62,000 bases of DNA. Origin: Wallemia ichthyophaga EXF-994 (taxonomy: Eukaryota; Fungi; Basidiomycota). Where the stretch lies: assembly GCF_000400465.1 (NCBI RefSeq), contig NW_008806278.1, positions 1-62,000 of the forward strand. Reading direction: 5' to 3'. A program made the translations under genes and the position numbers. Under the pieces are notes generated by a model. The model worked only from the letters and a program-made list of their open reading frames with translations, made no database searches and was not told the origin of the DNA. Shown here piece after piece: positions 1-11,016 of this stretch; the stretch's first letter is position 1, and each line of letters opens with the position of its first letter.

Positions 1-321
1 AAGCCCAAACCTTAACAAAACCTTAACATTAACACTTTGAGAGACCAAAGTCTGCTTAGAAAATTCGTATCGGGTTCGGAAACCAACACCGTACGCCGAT
101 GCTAGTCCTTAATTTTGATACATACCGCCTCATATTATTAAATTAGAAGAGAATGATGTCATAACAAAGCATAGAACTCTCAGTAGAACGAATGACATGG
201 ATGATATGAAAAAACCACAAATCCAGTGTGTAAAGAGCGTGTAACGAAAGATATAAAAGTCCAGTGAGTATTGTTGAAGAGAGTAAAACATCAATCAGTC
301 AGTCGGGGCGTATGAGTCCAC

Positions 322-885
322 TTAAGCGCTGCAATCATCCCACTCTGGCTTTGATACCGGCATAATGTTAGCTACTGGAGGGCTGGCCCAGTCGGCAACG
401 TCGTTAATGGATTGCACAGGTGCGTAATCTGGCATGGTGTAATCAGGGACTTTGACGCCATTGTGAACGCAGAGAACCTCGTCGACGTATACGTTACCGC
501 AATGTTCATCGATTTGGGGGTTGTTGAGCCAGAGAACCGTGGTGTTAATCTAAATCAAGTTAGTAAAACACTACAAAAAGTAAAGTAGACCTACTTGGTT
601 GTTGTACGCGATAGAATTGCACGTGTCATTTTCCTTGACAACGTAAGTCTCTGTGCAGTCTGAGCCAGGCCAGCCGAGACAAAGCTCCTCGCCCTTCTGG
701 AGGTTTGTGCATTCTTCGTTGATCTTGTCAAAGTTGGTTGCGGCTAATTGGTATGTGGAGATGCCTTGATCAGCTGAAATCTGGTCGCAATATTCACCAC
801 CCTTGACGGTGTAGTTGCGTGTGCACGAGGCACTGACTGATGCGACAATTGCTGCCAAAGCGAGTGACTGGACTGAGAATTGCAT
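322..885 (-). CDS. Secreted protein with two LysM domains (1 intron, 550-594)
   Basis: Signal peptide MQFSVQSLALAAIVASVSA. LysM repeats CTRNYTVKGGEYCDQI...NLQKGEELCL and CTETYVVKENDTCNSIA/INTTVLWLNNPQIDEHCGNVYVDEVLCV. The 45-nt GT-AG intron joins them; stop TAA at 322-324. Confidence 0.88.
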
Positions 886-1196
886 TTTATTAGGTTGTAA
901 AACGGGTATTCCAGAAGACAGTGGTGGTAGATTCCTAAGGAGCAACCATTTGCTATTTTGGGGTGGCTCTCAGCGGAAGGGGTGTTTTGTGCGGTCTGTG
1001 CACTGATTGCACTCACGTGATAAGGCGGACGCGGGCAGTAGTAGTAGTTATATTTTTTATTATAATTATAATTTAATTTCTATATAAATTTATACATCTA
1101 TTTCTTATGCTTAGAAGCCATTTCAAGCCAATACGACCTCTCATCCTCGAATGAGCGCGTCTGCAACTGCGTAACTGTTAGTAAATTAAATTACAC

Positions 1197-3122
1197 TCAG
1201 TTACGTAAACTCACAGCTAGTGCCGAGTACGCGCTCGCTAGCCAATCTCCATTCTCGCTCCTGCCTGCTGCTTTCTCGATAACACTCTGCACCAACGAGC
1301 GCAATCTCTTGATGTTTGATTGCATCATCATCTGATCATCAGATGTAGAAAGCTCCTTTAATGAACTGTACAGAGTCGCGTATCTCCTGCTGACCTTCTC
1401 AGCCAGTTCCGGGCTAACTCTTTTTCCACTAAAACCCATCGACGAGCTGACAAAGTTGCCAGCCGTACCGAGAAGACTGGCGGAGGGCGCCTGGGTTTCC
1501 TCAGCAAGTGTCTGTAAGGCTAGTACTCTGGCATCCATCTCCTTCTGAAGCAGCGGCCAAAGCGAAATCCTCAAGCCTGCACAGAGATTGCTTGCCGGTA
1601 GACAACCCCTATTCAAGCACACCTGGTGTGCCTCGTCGTTTATTCTGATCATACTAAAAATAGCGCTTGGTAAGGTGGTCGCCGTGGGTATCTTGAGTAA
1701 GTCACCTTTTATCTGATTAAATGCCGTCTCAAACACTTGATTCCAGATGTGTTGTGTGGATTTAAGAGATCCTAGCTCGCTTGCAATGGCAACCTCCTTC
1801 TCCGAGAGAAAGACGCCAGGTTTGATGCTTTTGTCGTGGTATAATGAGTGCAGCGAGTCGTCGAAGAAGCGAGCACAGAATGCAAATTCTGAGCACGCAT
1901 TGTCTATGAAGACAAGCAATAAGCTTCTGAAGATTGCTTCAGGGGGTAATTTCTATAAGAATCTTATGTTAGAATCACTCTCACGTTGTTTTCAACCCAC
2001 AAAGTTCTGATCGTCAGCCTGGTATGCCAAAAAGACTGACGGTCCATCCAAAGTAGAGTAAGTGAGTCGCTGCTTGACACTATCGAGTTCATATGGCTCT
2101 TCGTTGCTTTCCCATGCATTTGCCGAGTTGCCGATTGCGAGCTCTTGGAATCTGGGTTCGATCTTGAACGCCTCTCTCGTATATCTCACCAAGCACGTCT
2201 CGTAGTAGCCTCTCGCGGCATTTGCATAGACACGTTCAACCTCATGAGCAGCCCGTGGCTCTTGTCTTTTGAGAAATGCGTACAAAGGCGCGTACTTAAA
2301 CAGCACTGCTGTCTGATGAAACGCGATGTTGGACGTCGCGGAGGCTTGGAAGGGCACAAACAGACTAAATAGTTTACCACGTATCTTGTCTGCAGCCTGT
2401 AAATGTTTTGAGCTCATCCCATACCTGTCAACACCCCACAAACCTTCGTTTTGAGCGCCTGTAAGACACTCTGCAACTGTACTCTAGCTTTGACATGCTG
2501 ATGCTTCTCAACTGAGCGCAGAAAGCCCTCGATGCTCTTACACCCGCTAATCCAAGCATCAACATCTGTTAGCTCCTGGTTCATGATGAGGTTGATGAGT
2601 TGCGGAGGAATGATTAGCTCTTTGAGTAGCCCATCGATTTCAGCTGCCTGTGCTCTCTGTTTGTGCAACTGATTGTCTATTTCGATGGATTTCGTCTGTA
2701 AAGAGCTGATCTGTGAACTCGTTGATAACATAGATTGCTGGAATGTGGAGAGGAAGTTCGCGAGTGTTTCCGTATCTTGTACGGAATGCTTGATAGAGCT
2801 ATCCAATTCCATCGTCTGTGCTGCCGTGCTCAGGACTGGATGATCAGCGTTATCTTAAGATTACGACGCAGCTCACATTCGTCATCGACGGTGCGCTTAA
2901 GAGAATCATAAACATCTTCTATATCTCTATCGTCACGTTTAAGCATTTCAATGACGCACTGCCATTCCTCGTCAGTGCCTTGGTATGACACATCTTCCCT
3001 GATTGCTGGAGATGGCGCTGGGTCGAAGATTGCGTCGAGCTGATGGAGATATGAGATTAATGGAAAATACGCTATATGCCACGCACAGCTGGCGCTATCG
3101 GCGCTGTCGGTGCTGTATCCAT
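1197..3122 (-). CDS. VPS52: GARP complex subunit Vps52 (multi-exon)
   Basis: Spliced ORFs 2414-2812, 1992-2441 and 1197-1919 carry Vps52-type segments (LANFLSTFQQSM...QTKSIEIDNQL; YAPLYAFLKRQEPRAAHEVERVY; LRISLWPLLQKEMD). The 5' exons are reconstructed to an ATG at 3122 and are less certain. Confidence 0.85.
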
Positions 3123-3146
3123 CTTGGCTGTTGGAGATTAACCACC

Positions 3147-3878
3147 ATGAACAGATTCACGAGAGGGATAACAACAACGGTAGCCAGACTCAAGACGGTC
3201 AAAGTGGGTCGAATGGGCTGTCAGTATTCATCTCACGCTCGTAGGACTCGAAGATGTCTGGTGTCTTCTATCACCAGCAGCAACCAGAACGCTGGGCTGT
3301 TAGTTTGCTTGATAAGCTCCCAGAGAACGCGCCAAAAAAGCTAGTGTGTGGATACGTCAATACTGCTAGCCCAGTCTCAACGGAACTCTACAAATCACTC
3401 GAGCAAAACGATGAATTCATCGATTTGCTACAATCTGTTGTGCAGAATAACTTTACAAAAGATCAGCACGTTATGTGAGTTGATTGAGTGCGTTATCAAA
3501 TAACAAATCTCATCGATTTCCAGTCAAGACGCTTTTTTTAGAGGTGAAGGTTGGATACCTGTGATGGGTGCGTGGCATGCTCTCTTGCCAGCAATCTGTT
3601 TATAGCGCAAACCTAGATGAACGCGCTCCTCAGACTTTAGGTAGAGCCGGTGACCCTGATGACTATCTTGGCATGGTTTTGGTGGAAGGTGGCGGTAAGG
3701 TGAGTATATGCTAGCTAGACGTACGCAACACTCTCATGCAACACCCTCATAGATCAATGCGTCTACTTACGAGCGCACGCCTACTTACAGATTAGCAACA
3801 CGCGACAATGGCTTCATGAAGTTATCGCCCGCTCTCGACAAAGCCCTGAGAGAAGCGCTTAAAGTTGAAACAAAGTAG
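3147..3878 (+). CDS. Conserved fungal hypothetical protein, probably mitochondrial (multi-exon)
   Basis: Arg/Thr-rich presequence-like start MNRFTRGITTTVARLKTVK. Spliced product contains GEGWIPVMDERAPQTLGRAGDPDDYLGMVLV and TYERTPTYRL, a pattern I recognise from uncharacterised fungal proteins. GT-AG introns; stop TAG at 3876-3878. Confidence 0.65.
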
Positions 3879-4034
3879 ATTCATACTAGAACATTCCCTC
3901 AACAACTCTGTAATGTAGTACATTTATTATTGCTGTCGTCAATTTTCTACTTGATTGATAAGAAAATACAAATTGAATCCCAAGTGTGCAACACTTCTAT
4001 TAAAACACTTCCTTTACGAACCTTCTATTCTCTT

Positions 4035-6377
4035 CTAGCTATCATCAATCTCCTCGTCATCTGAAAGTGCAAACTCTTCAGACACGTTCTCCTTTTTGGC
4101 TTTTCTCCGTTGCTCAAGAGACGCCCATTCGCCTTCTCTCTCGCCAGTATACGTGAATCCTCTAAAAGTATCGTGAGTGCGGTTGTTCTCGTTAGGTATC
4201 GGGTTTTCGTCAATTTTTGGCCTGTCGTCAGATACATGCGGCCTTTCTGTTTGTTTATCGAATGATTTGCGTGGCTCTTTGTTGCTTTCACGGCTCTCGC
4301 GATTCACGTGCTGACCAGATGGTGTTCCATGTCCAGAACCAAGTGCTGGCTTGAAGACTTCCTCATTTCCATCCACATCAACTCTGTCTGGAGCAGCAAC
4401 ATCGTCATCCCAAGGCACACCGTGCTCTCTAATGTCAGCACCTGTAAACTCAGTGTCAAAGTTGGCGACACTCTCATCACTTTCAACCAGCGGCTTGAAC
4501 GGTGGGGTGACCTGTCTGTTGGCAAGTGCATTCCAGTCAATTGATTTGAAAAATGGATCTTCCTTAAGCTCTGCAGCGTCTCTCTTGCTGCCCATCCTGT
4601 GTTCTGGGTTTCTGTTTAAAAGACCTTTGACAAATTGCTTTCCTTCATCTCCAATAACTCCCTTTGGGAATCTAATCTTCCCGAAGCATATGTTTTTGTA
4701 CATTTGTTGTGTATCTTCGGCATAAAATGGTGACCAACCACAACACATCTAAAAATCGTTAGTAAGCAAACAAACACAATATTTTCACATACCTCAAACA
4801 ACAACACTCCTAGTGACCAAAAGTCAACCAGCATGGAGTATCCATCGTCATTGAGTAGTACCTCAGGTGCAAGGTACTCTGTTGTTCCACAGAAAGTTGA
4901 AGTGAGTTGGTCTGCTGGTAAATCAGGTTTTGATAATCCAAAGTCACATAAAGCAACGTGACCAGTTGCATCCAGTAAGATATTTTCAGGTTTAAGATCA
5001 CGGTAAACAATGTCATATTTGTGGAGGTGTTCGAGTGCAAGTACGAGCTCGGCTATGTAGAATCTTGCCCTTTCTTCGCTAAATCTGCCTTCTCTTTGTA
5101 AATGCCAGAAAAGCTCACCACCAGATTTGTAATCCGTGACAAAATAGAGCTCTTTTTCAGTCTGGAAGCTGAACTTCAAACCAACTAAGAATGGACACTC
5201 CAGCGATACTTGCAGAATCTTACGCTCTCCAATAGTGTGAGCAACTTCTTTCTTTGCAATGATTTCCTTCTTAGAGAGAACCTTCATGGCGTAAATACGC
5301 TTAGTATCTTTCTTGCGAACCTGGAAAACTCTACCAAAGGTACCTCTGCCGATCAATCTCAGAAATTCAAAGTCTTTCGGAATGAGAGAATGTTTATTGG
5401 CGAAGCGTTCATATAATATCTGCAAACGAATTTCACCGGTTGTAATTTCTTTACCATCATCGCCAAATCTGGAGAGCTCATACCAGTGATCGATTTCAGC
5501 ACCTGGAGCGAGGTGTGGACGGATTTCCTTACTACCAACGTATTTCTCTCCCTCATAACCCAAGTAGTGTACAACGCTGTCGTCTTCACCTGGTTGGGGG
5601 TCAATGGTGAGGTTAGCCAGACTTTCATCCGCAGTTTGATTTGAAGGGCTTAAAGTGGCTGCAACGTTTGGTGCTGAGCGATCTCTATCGTAAACAGCAA
5701 TTTCAAGAGGGGAATCCTCTCTTGAAACGTCGAAAGTGACTTGATGCTTCCATACCGGAGAATCTCCGTTTTGACCTAAAACGCCGGTGACTGGTGGGCT
5801 TGATTTGTTGGTAGGGTCTGGAGTTGTAGGAGTACGAGCACCGGATGATGGCGTTCTTTTCAAAGTGGATTCCAACTTCTTGGGGAAACCTCTGGCAACG
5901 CCTTCTGTTGCACCGATTGGCTCTCTACTAACAAATTCATTGTTTTCAAATGAGACGACTACGTATGAATGTGCTTTTGTGCTATCAACCACAGCGAGTC
6001 TCCTCGCCTCCATAACCTTGACTGTGAGCAATCCCTTACTGCCAAGAACATCCTTTGAGGATTGAGATTTGAACGGTGGCTTTGTATTTGTCAACGGTGT
6101 ACTGGCGCCGGATGTGGTGGCTGAAGTCGCCGTGGTTGAACTAGATAAATGGGGAGCTGGATATAGTGTAAGGGAGTATTTTTATTTAATCATCAAACCT
6201 ACCTGTATTATGTTGGCTGATTTCTTTCTCCCGCCTCTCTTTGATCGTCGTCTCGAATGGATTTGGCTCCTGCCTCGAATTTGCAGACCGTGGCTTGGGC
6301 GTCGCAGAATCCTCTGCGTTACTCTTACTAGACGTCAGGTGCGTCGTCGGTGCCGCTGGCGTCTTGATTTGCTCCAT
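4035..6377 (-). CDS. SCH9: AGC Ser/Thr kinase with C2 domain, Sch9-like (2 introns)
   Basis: C2 domain (LLTVKVMEARRL...WKHQVTFDV). Kinase motifs GRGTFGRV, YAMKVL, YRDLKPEN, DFGLSK, TFCGTTEYLAPE. AGC tail with VTPPFKP and hydrophobic motif FRGFTY. Confidence 0.9.
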
Positions 6378-6433
6378 TGATGATTGTCGAATATTGAGAG
6401 TGATCTCAGTTATCCATGGAGTACAAAATTAAA

Positions 6434-7991
6434 TTACTTGGAATTTACACTGGTGGATAATATGCTCTGCCTAAGGTTATGCGCTTTCTCACGCGTGCTC
6501 TTTGATGCCGCTGGTGTTTGCGTCGTCTGCTCCTCGTCAGAATCGTCGTGAACGCCTCCCGGAATAAGCAGTTGGTCAAGTTCCTCTTGAGTCAGTTGAC
6601 GATTCTCTTCTTTAAGCACTGTCATCTTACGTTTAATTACCCTTCTTATCAGATTTAGCTGTTCTTCTGTGTAAAATCCGGTGTTTGAATCAAAATTCTC
6701 GATATGGCCTTGTTCATCATGAATCAGCTTGTAGCAATCTTCATCAGTCACATCACATAGCTGGAAGTTTGCAGCATCTGTTACATTCTTTCCATCAAAC
6801 TTGTGGCTTTCTGCGCTTGGTTCTTTCATCTGAGACGTTTCGGGTGCTGTTGTCCCCGGAGTTGATTGCGGAACTGAATTAGCTTTACCGGAGTTTCCTG
6901 TACTTGCTCGGCTTGTAAATGTTTGCCTGTGCTTGCGGTCCCTCACCCCTACCAGACGAGTCTGGATACGTTGATAAATGCGATTTGCGCTATCTAATCT
7001 GGGATCCCAGTTAATTCGACACATAACATCTGCAAATGGTCCCGACTGGAATGTGTATGAGTAAGCTGCCATTGATATCTTGTGGTTCAATAAAAATCGC
7101 GAATCCTGAGGTGAAAATTGGTTCAGTAACGATGCTCTCGACCACGCTGGCCTCTCTTTGAAAAGGTTTTCAAGCCTCTGCAGCACATCTTTCCTAGGGT
7201 ATGTATCTATAAACTCGGACGCCTCCTTAACAGGTGCTGAAGGAGCTGGATATTGATCCCAAGTGATTGTATCACCACTGTCAACCTTTGCGCGATTTTT
7301 GCTGATGAGACGCTCGTAAGTCTGTCCAGTGGCCTTGTTAACACCTGTAGTCTTTTCAGGGTTGTATCTGCTCTGGTATAGGTAGTTGTTGAATGTCTGT
7401 GCTCTGTAGAATTTAGGGGGTTGAATGAGACCTATCGGTTGACTGTTTAAGCCCTCGATATTCTCGCCGCGCGCCTTCCTCAGACGATTGCCTTTTACAC
7501 GACTCTCCAGAAACTCAATTTGATCGCCATTTTTCGGCAATTGAATGTTTCTAAGTGCATGGATGCTTTCATTGAGATTGTCGGAAAATACTCTCTCGTT
7601 GATGTTATCCAAATAGTCCTTCTGCGGTAGATGTGATGTAAAATCTGCGATTTCTGCGCGCTGTTAATTATAAACGCTACGCCCGCTAACCCCACCAACC
7701 TCTGAACTTGGCTGTGACAGGAATAGAGCCAATAATCTCCGCTTTGAACTGGTAATGCCACTGACCCTCGATCATCTTCCTTCTGCGCCTTATTCTCAGT
7801 GCGTAGTTGTTGCTTTCGCTGTACGTCGCCGTTATGCTGCTATTTACGCTGATATCGAGGCAGAGCGGCAGGCGCTTATCGAAAGCATCTTTGATAATAT
7901 CTACGCCACCAAAAATGCTCAAATATTGCAATTTTTCTTCCTCGCTGACGCTACCGAATAATTCGATTGCTTCCAATTGAGTTAACGTCAT
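6434..7991 (-). CDS. TFC1: TFIIIC subunit tau95 (Tfc1/Sfc1), 1 intron
   Basis: N-terminal LEAIELFGSV...LSIFGGVDII; spliced TAKFREIADF; LENLFKERPAWSR; YTFQSGPFADVMCRINWDPR; acidic C-terminus. Confidence 0.8.
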
Positions 7992-7998
7992 CGTAGAG

Positions 7999-9135
7999 AT
8001 GGAAGGAGGATTGAACAAGATAAGCTGGCTCAGAGGGAACAATGGCTTCCTTAACAGCGTATTCAAGCAGTCCAAGTTTATTCCACTGCATAATCTTAAT
8101 CCATTGATTAGAAATGGGGATAACACCTTGGCTTCGATACCTTACAGCGAAGCAGAGCCTTATATTGGAAGCAATAACTACGGTGAAGGCATGTCCCAGA
8201 TCAATCAGCGCTTTTTGGAAGGCTATAGGCAGTCGAAAACTGTGGTGGCGTTGCTAGGCGTGAAGGAAAGCATCGATCAGAAGGCAAATGATCCACAATA
8301 TACGCCTTCAGGAACTGTTTACTTTTGTTTCGACGCTTCTTCTTACCCCAAGGAGCATTTCGAATCTCATGACGTAAAATTCCGCGATTCTCGCTCTTTG
8401 ATTGGCTATCTCAATCTACACGACTCAAAGATTATCGCCCAAGCGAGATCTATTGTGGATTGGAATTTACGACACAAGTACGATTCTGGTTCTGGGAAAC
8501 TCAATTATAGCTGCTGGGCAGGTTGGAAGCTCTGTTGCAGTTCTGTGTTTGATAACCAGGATCAACCATCACATAGCTGGAAAGGCGTTCAAAACTACCA
8601 CTACCCACGCACAGACCCTGTTGTCATTATGGCTGTTTTGTCTCCAGACAGATCAGCTATTTTGCTCGGACGTAACAAGCGCTACGCCGGTGGTATGTAT
8701 AGTTGCTTAGCTGGTTTTGTTGAGGTTGGTGAGACATTTGAAGAGGCAGTCGCCAGGGAGGTGCATGAAGAGGCTTGCGTGCGTGTTCTCGACGTGAAGT
8801 ACTTCGCCTCCCAGCCATGGCCATATCCAAGTTCACTCATGACTGGATTTTATGCAATCGCCGATGTCAACAGCAACTATGAGATATCTAGAACGGACTT
8901 AGACGGAGAATTGGAAGGTGTGTTGGAGCAAGTTGTAGTAAAACAAATCATTAACAATGAAACAGACGCTAGATGGTTCACACGCGAAGACGTTGAGGAG
9001 ATGGTAAAGCGCTCGCCTATCAGTCTTGGTGATAAGCCACCAGATAATGTTCCCTTCGTTCCAAACAAGCATGCTATCGCAGGTGAACTGATTAGAAACT
9101 GGTTGGCTACTTTTGAAAAAAAGAGCGCAATTTAA
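7999..9135 (+). CDS. NPY1: NAD(H) pyrophosphatase, NudC/Npy1 family Nudix hydrolase (48-nt intron 8918-8965)
   Basis: LNKISWLR N-terminal motif; YPRTDPVVIM; Nudix box GFVEVGETFEEAVAREVHEE; NudC signature SQPWPYPSSLM. Removing the intron restores ELEDARWF. Confidence 0.92.
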   Translation: MEGGLNKISWLRGNNGFLNSVFKQSKFIPLHNLNPLIRNGDNTLASIPYSEAEPYIGSNNYGEGMSQINQRFLEGYRQSKTVVALLGVKESIDQKANDPQYTPSGTVYFCFDASSYPKEHFESHDVKFRDSRSLIGYLNLHDSKIIAQARSIVDWNLRHKYDSGSGKLNYSCWAGWKLCCSSVFDNQDQPSHSWKGVQNYHYPRTDPVVIMAVLSPDRSAILLGRNKRYAGGMYSCLAGFVEVGETFEEAVAREVHEEACVRVLDVKYFASQPWPYPSSLMTGFYAIADVNSNYEISRTDLDGELEGVLEQVVVKQIINNETDARWFTREDVEEMVKRSPISLGDKPPDNVPFVPNKHAIAGELIRNWLATFEKKSAI

Positions 9136-9411
9136 TAGATTGAATTGGTATTCCTCATAAAAGAGGTAAACTAATGTTGAAAATTAGATTCTTTCAATGT
9201 ACATATATGGATAGGTAAAATGTTCACACATTTGTGGTGGAAAGTAGTAAATTCTGATGGTATTCCGTTTTAGTAACCTACACGTGTATTACAAACGTAA
9301 ATTTGAAATTTCGTGTTTTACATCAAAATCTTCTGAGAAGACCTAACAGGTATATACGCTGATTGAGTAATGAGAGGTGCTATTGATTTGCAACCGAATC
9401 ATCCCACAATG

Positions 9412-10816
9412 TTAAAACAAACCCAAACCATCACACCCCCTATACCACTCATTGTACCTTTCGTACTCATCAAACTCGTCATTCATATCCAAATCGAGAA
9501 GCTCGGTAGCTTCAAATATCTCGGTATACTCTATGTCGTCGTAAATACTTAGTATATCGTCATCTTGTGCGACAAAGTTCTCTAGATTTGCTGAAATTTT
9601 ACTTGGGAGTAATTCGTTACATTTCAAAGCAATGACTGTGTGCAATTTTGAATGTAAGTTAATAAATCTGTTCAAAGCTACCAACTTAATGTTGTGGCGT
9701 CTGCTACAGATGTTTAGCTCCTCCAGTAGTGGCATAGCAAAGTCGAAATGGCCTTTGTTGAACATATCTGAGAAAACAGGCGAGTAATATCCTTCTATGC
9801 TGAATTTGCGCACATTCTTGAGCTTGCTGAGAAACTCAGGCGCAAAAATATCATGATCAGCTGAGAAAACTGACCTAGGCAGCTGAACGTTTCTTAATTG
9901 ATCTCCTAATCCGTGCCATTGAGAAATATCGGCAAATCCCCAATAACACAAGTTCCGAAGTTTCGCTAATCGACAATTGCTGATGTCTGCGTAAATGCGA
10001 TTGAGCGTTAGGCTTTCAAGTCTGTCCATTGAATCTGGTAGGTTTACTTCACGATACTCTCTTGGAGATCTTGTTATCCGCTGCTCACGAGCATCTACTT
10101 TGAGAAGCTTTAAATTTGGCATGAGGCGGAGTATGAACGCCAGCGTTGATGGTCCGCGTACCCACTCAATACTCAAGTCGTAAACAAAGCTCTGTACCTT
10201 TTCGAAGCAGAAGTTGAGCATATCAAGCCCAGTGAAAAACTCGAAAGAGACATTATTTAGCATTATGTGTTTCAGACTGCTGCGAAGTTCTTTTGAAAAG
10301 CAGGCTGGGCGTAAAATAGCCTCCTGATCGCCTCCGTTAATGAATAAGTATTTGGCGTTAAGATTGCGTGGCAGTGTGACCTCTCTCGTGTTGATGTGAT
10401 ATACAACGCTAAATCTTGAAACATTCAAATCAACCAAGCCGTAGCTATCCTCGCATAGTTTGTTGTAAATGTCCTTATTCTCGATTATCAAGAATATCTG
10501 TCCAGTCTTCTTAGACTTGAGGCGCGGTGAAGCCATCCATGACTTCAGTCTCTGGGCATCCACGTCATTCTGGAGTTTGAGTACGGCCGATGAGTAGACT
10601 TGCGTAAGATGTTGATAAGTAATTGAATCTGCACTGCAGCCAAAACTCACTATGTGAATGTGTGAGCGCTTCACTCCAATGTTTGTTGACGGCTGATAGC
10701 TGGTAGTTCAATTTCCGATATTTATCGGTGAGGGTGTCGGTGGTGCGTTTATCAAGGTGGTTAAATATCGACAGCAGAATATCAATAGGTAAATCTGACG
10801 CCTTAGATGTCCTCAT
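9412..10816 (-). CDS. F-box protein with LRR-like C-terminal region (1 intron)
   Basis: F-box-like start SDLPIDILLSIFNHL...LSAVNKHW, followed by a 420-codon ORF with LxxLxL repeats (MPNLKLLKV, LESLTL, LEELNI). Confidence 0.65.
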
Positions 10817-11016
10817 GAGGTTGACTGTAGATGTGCAAGATATGTTGTGTGCCGAAGTGGCGAAAAACCACTATAGAGGCACGCTGCTGGAGCACTTGAA
10901 AAGTTTGTAACTGAAAAATTATTGACATTATATTGTGACTCAGAATGTATCTAAATGCATGTGATGCAAACGAAGTTATACAAATTACGAAATAAACCGT
11001 TAAATCAAGCGGTGCT

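Noticed and set aside
1-320. Possible RNA gene or ORF in the first 320 nt (AACCTTAAC repeats, an ATGATG box-C-like word)
   Set aside because: No D box or terminal stem, no tRNA fold, and no telomere-type array. The short open frames cannot be assigned.
9120-9135. Peroxisomal signal on Npy1 (ends KKSAI)
   Set aside because: SAI is not a canonical PTS1, and there is no readthrough context after the TAA.
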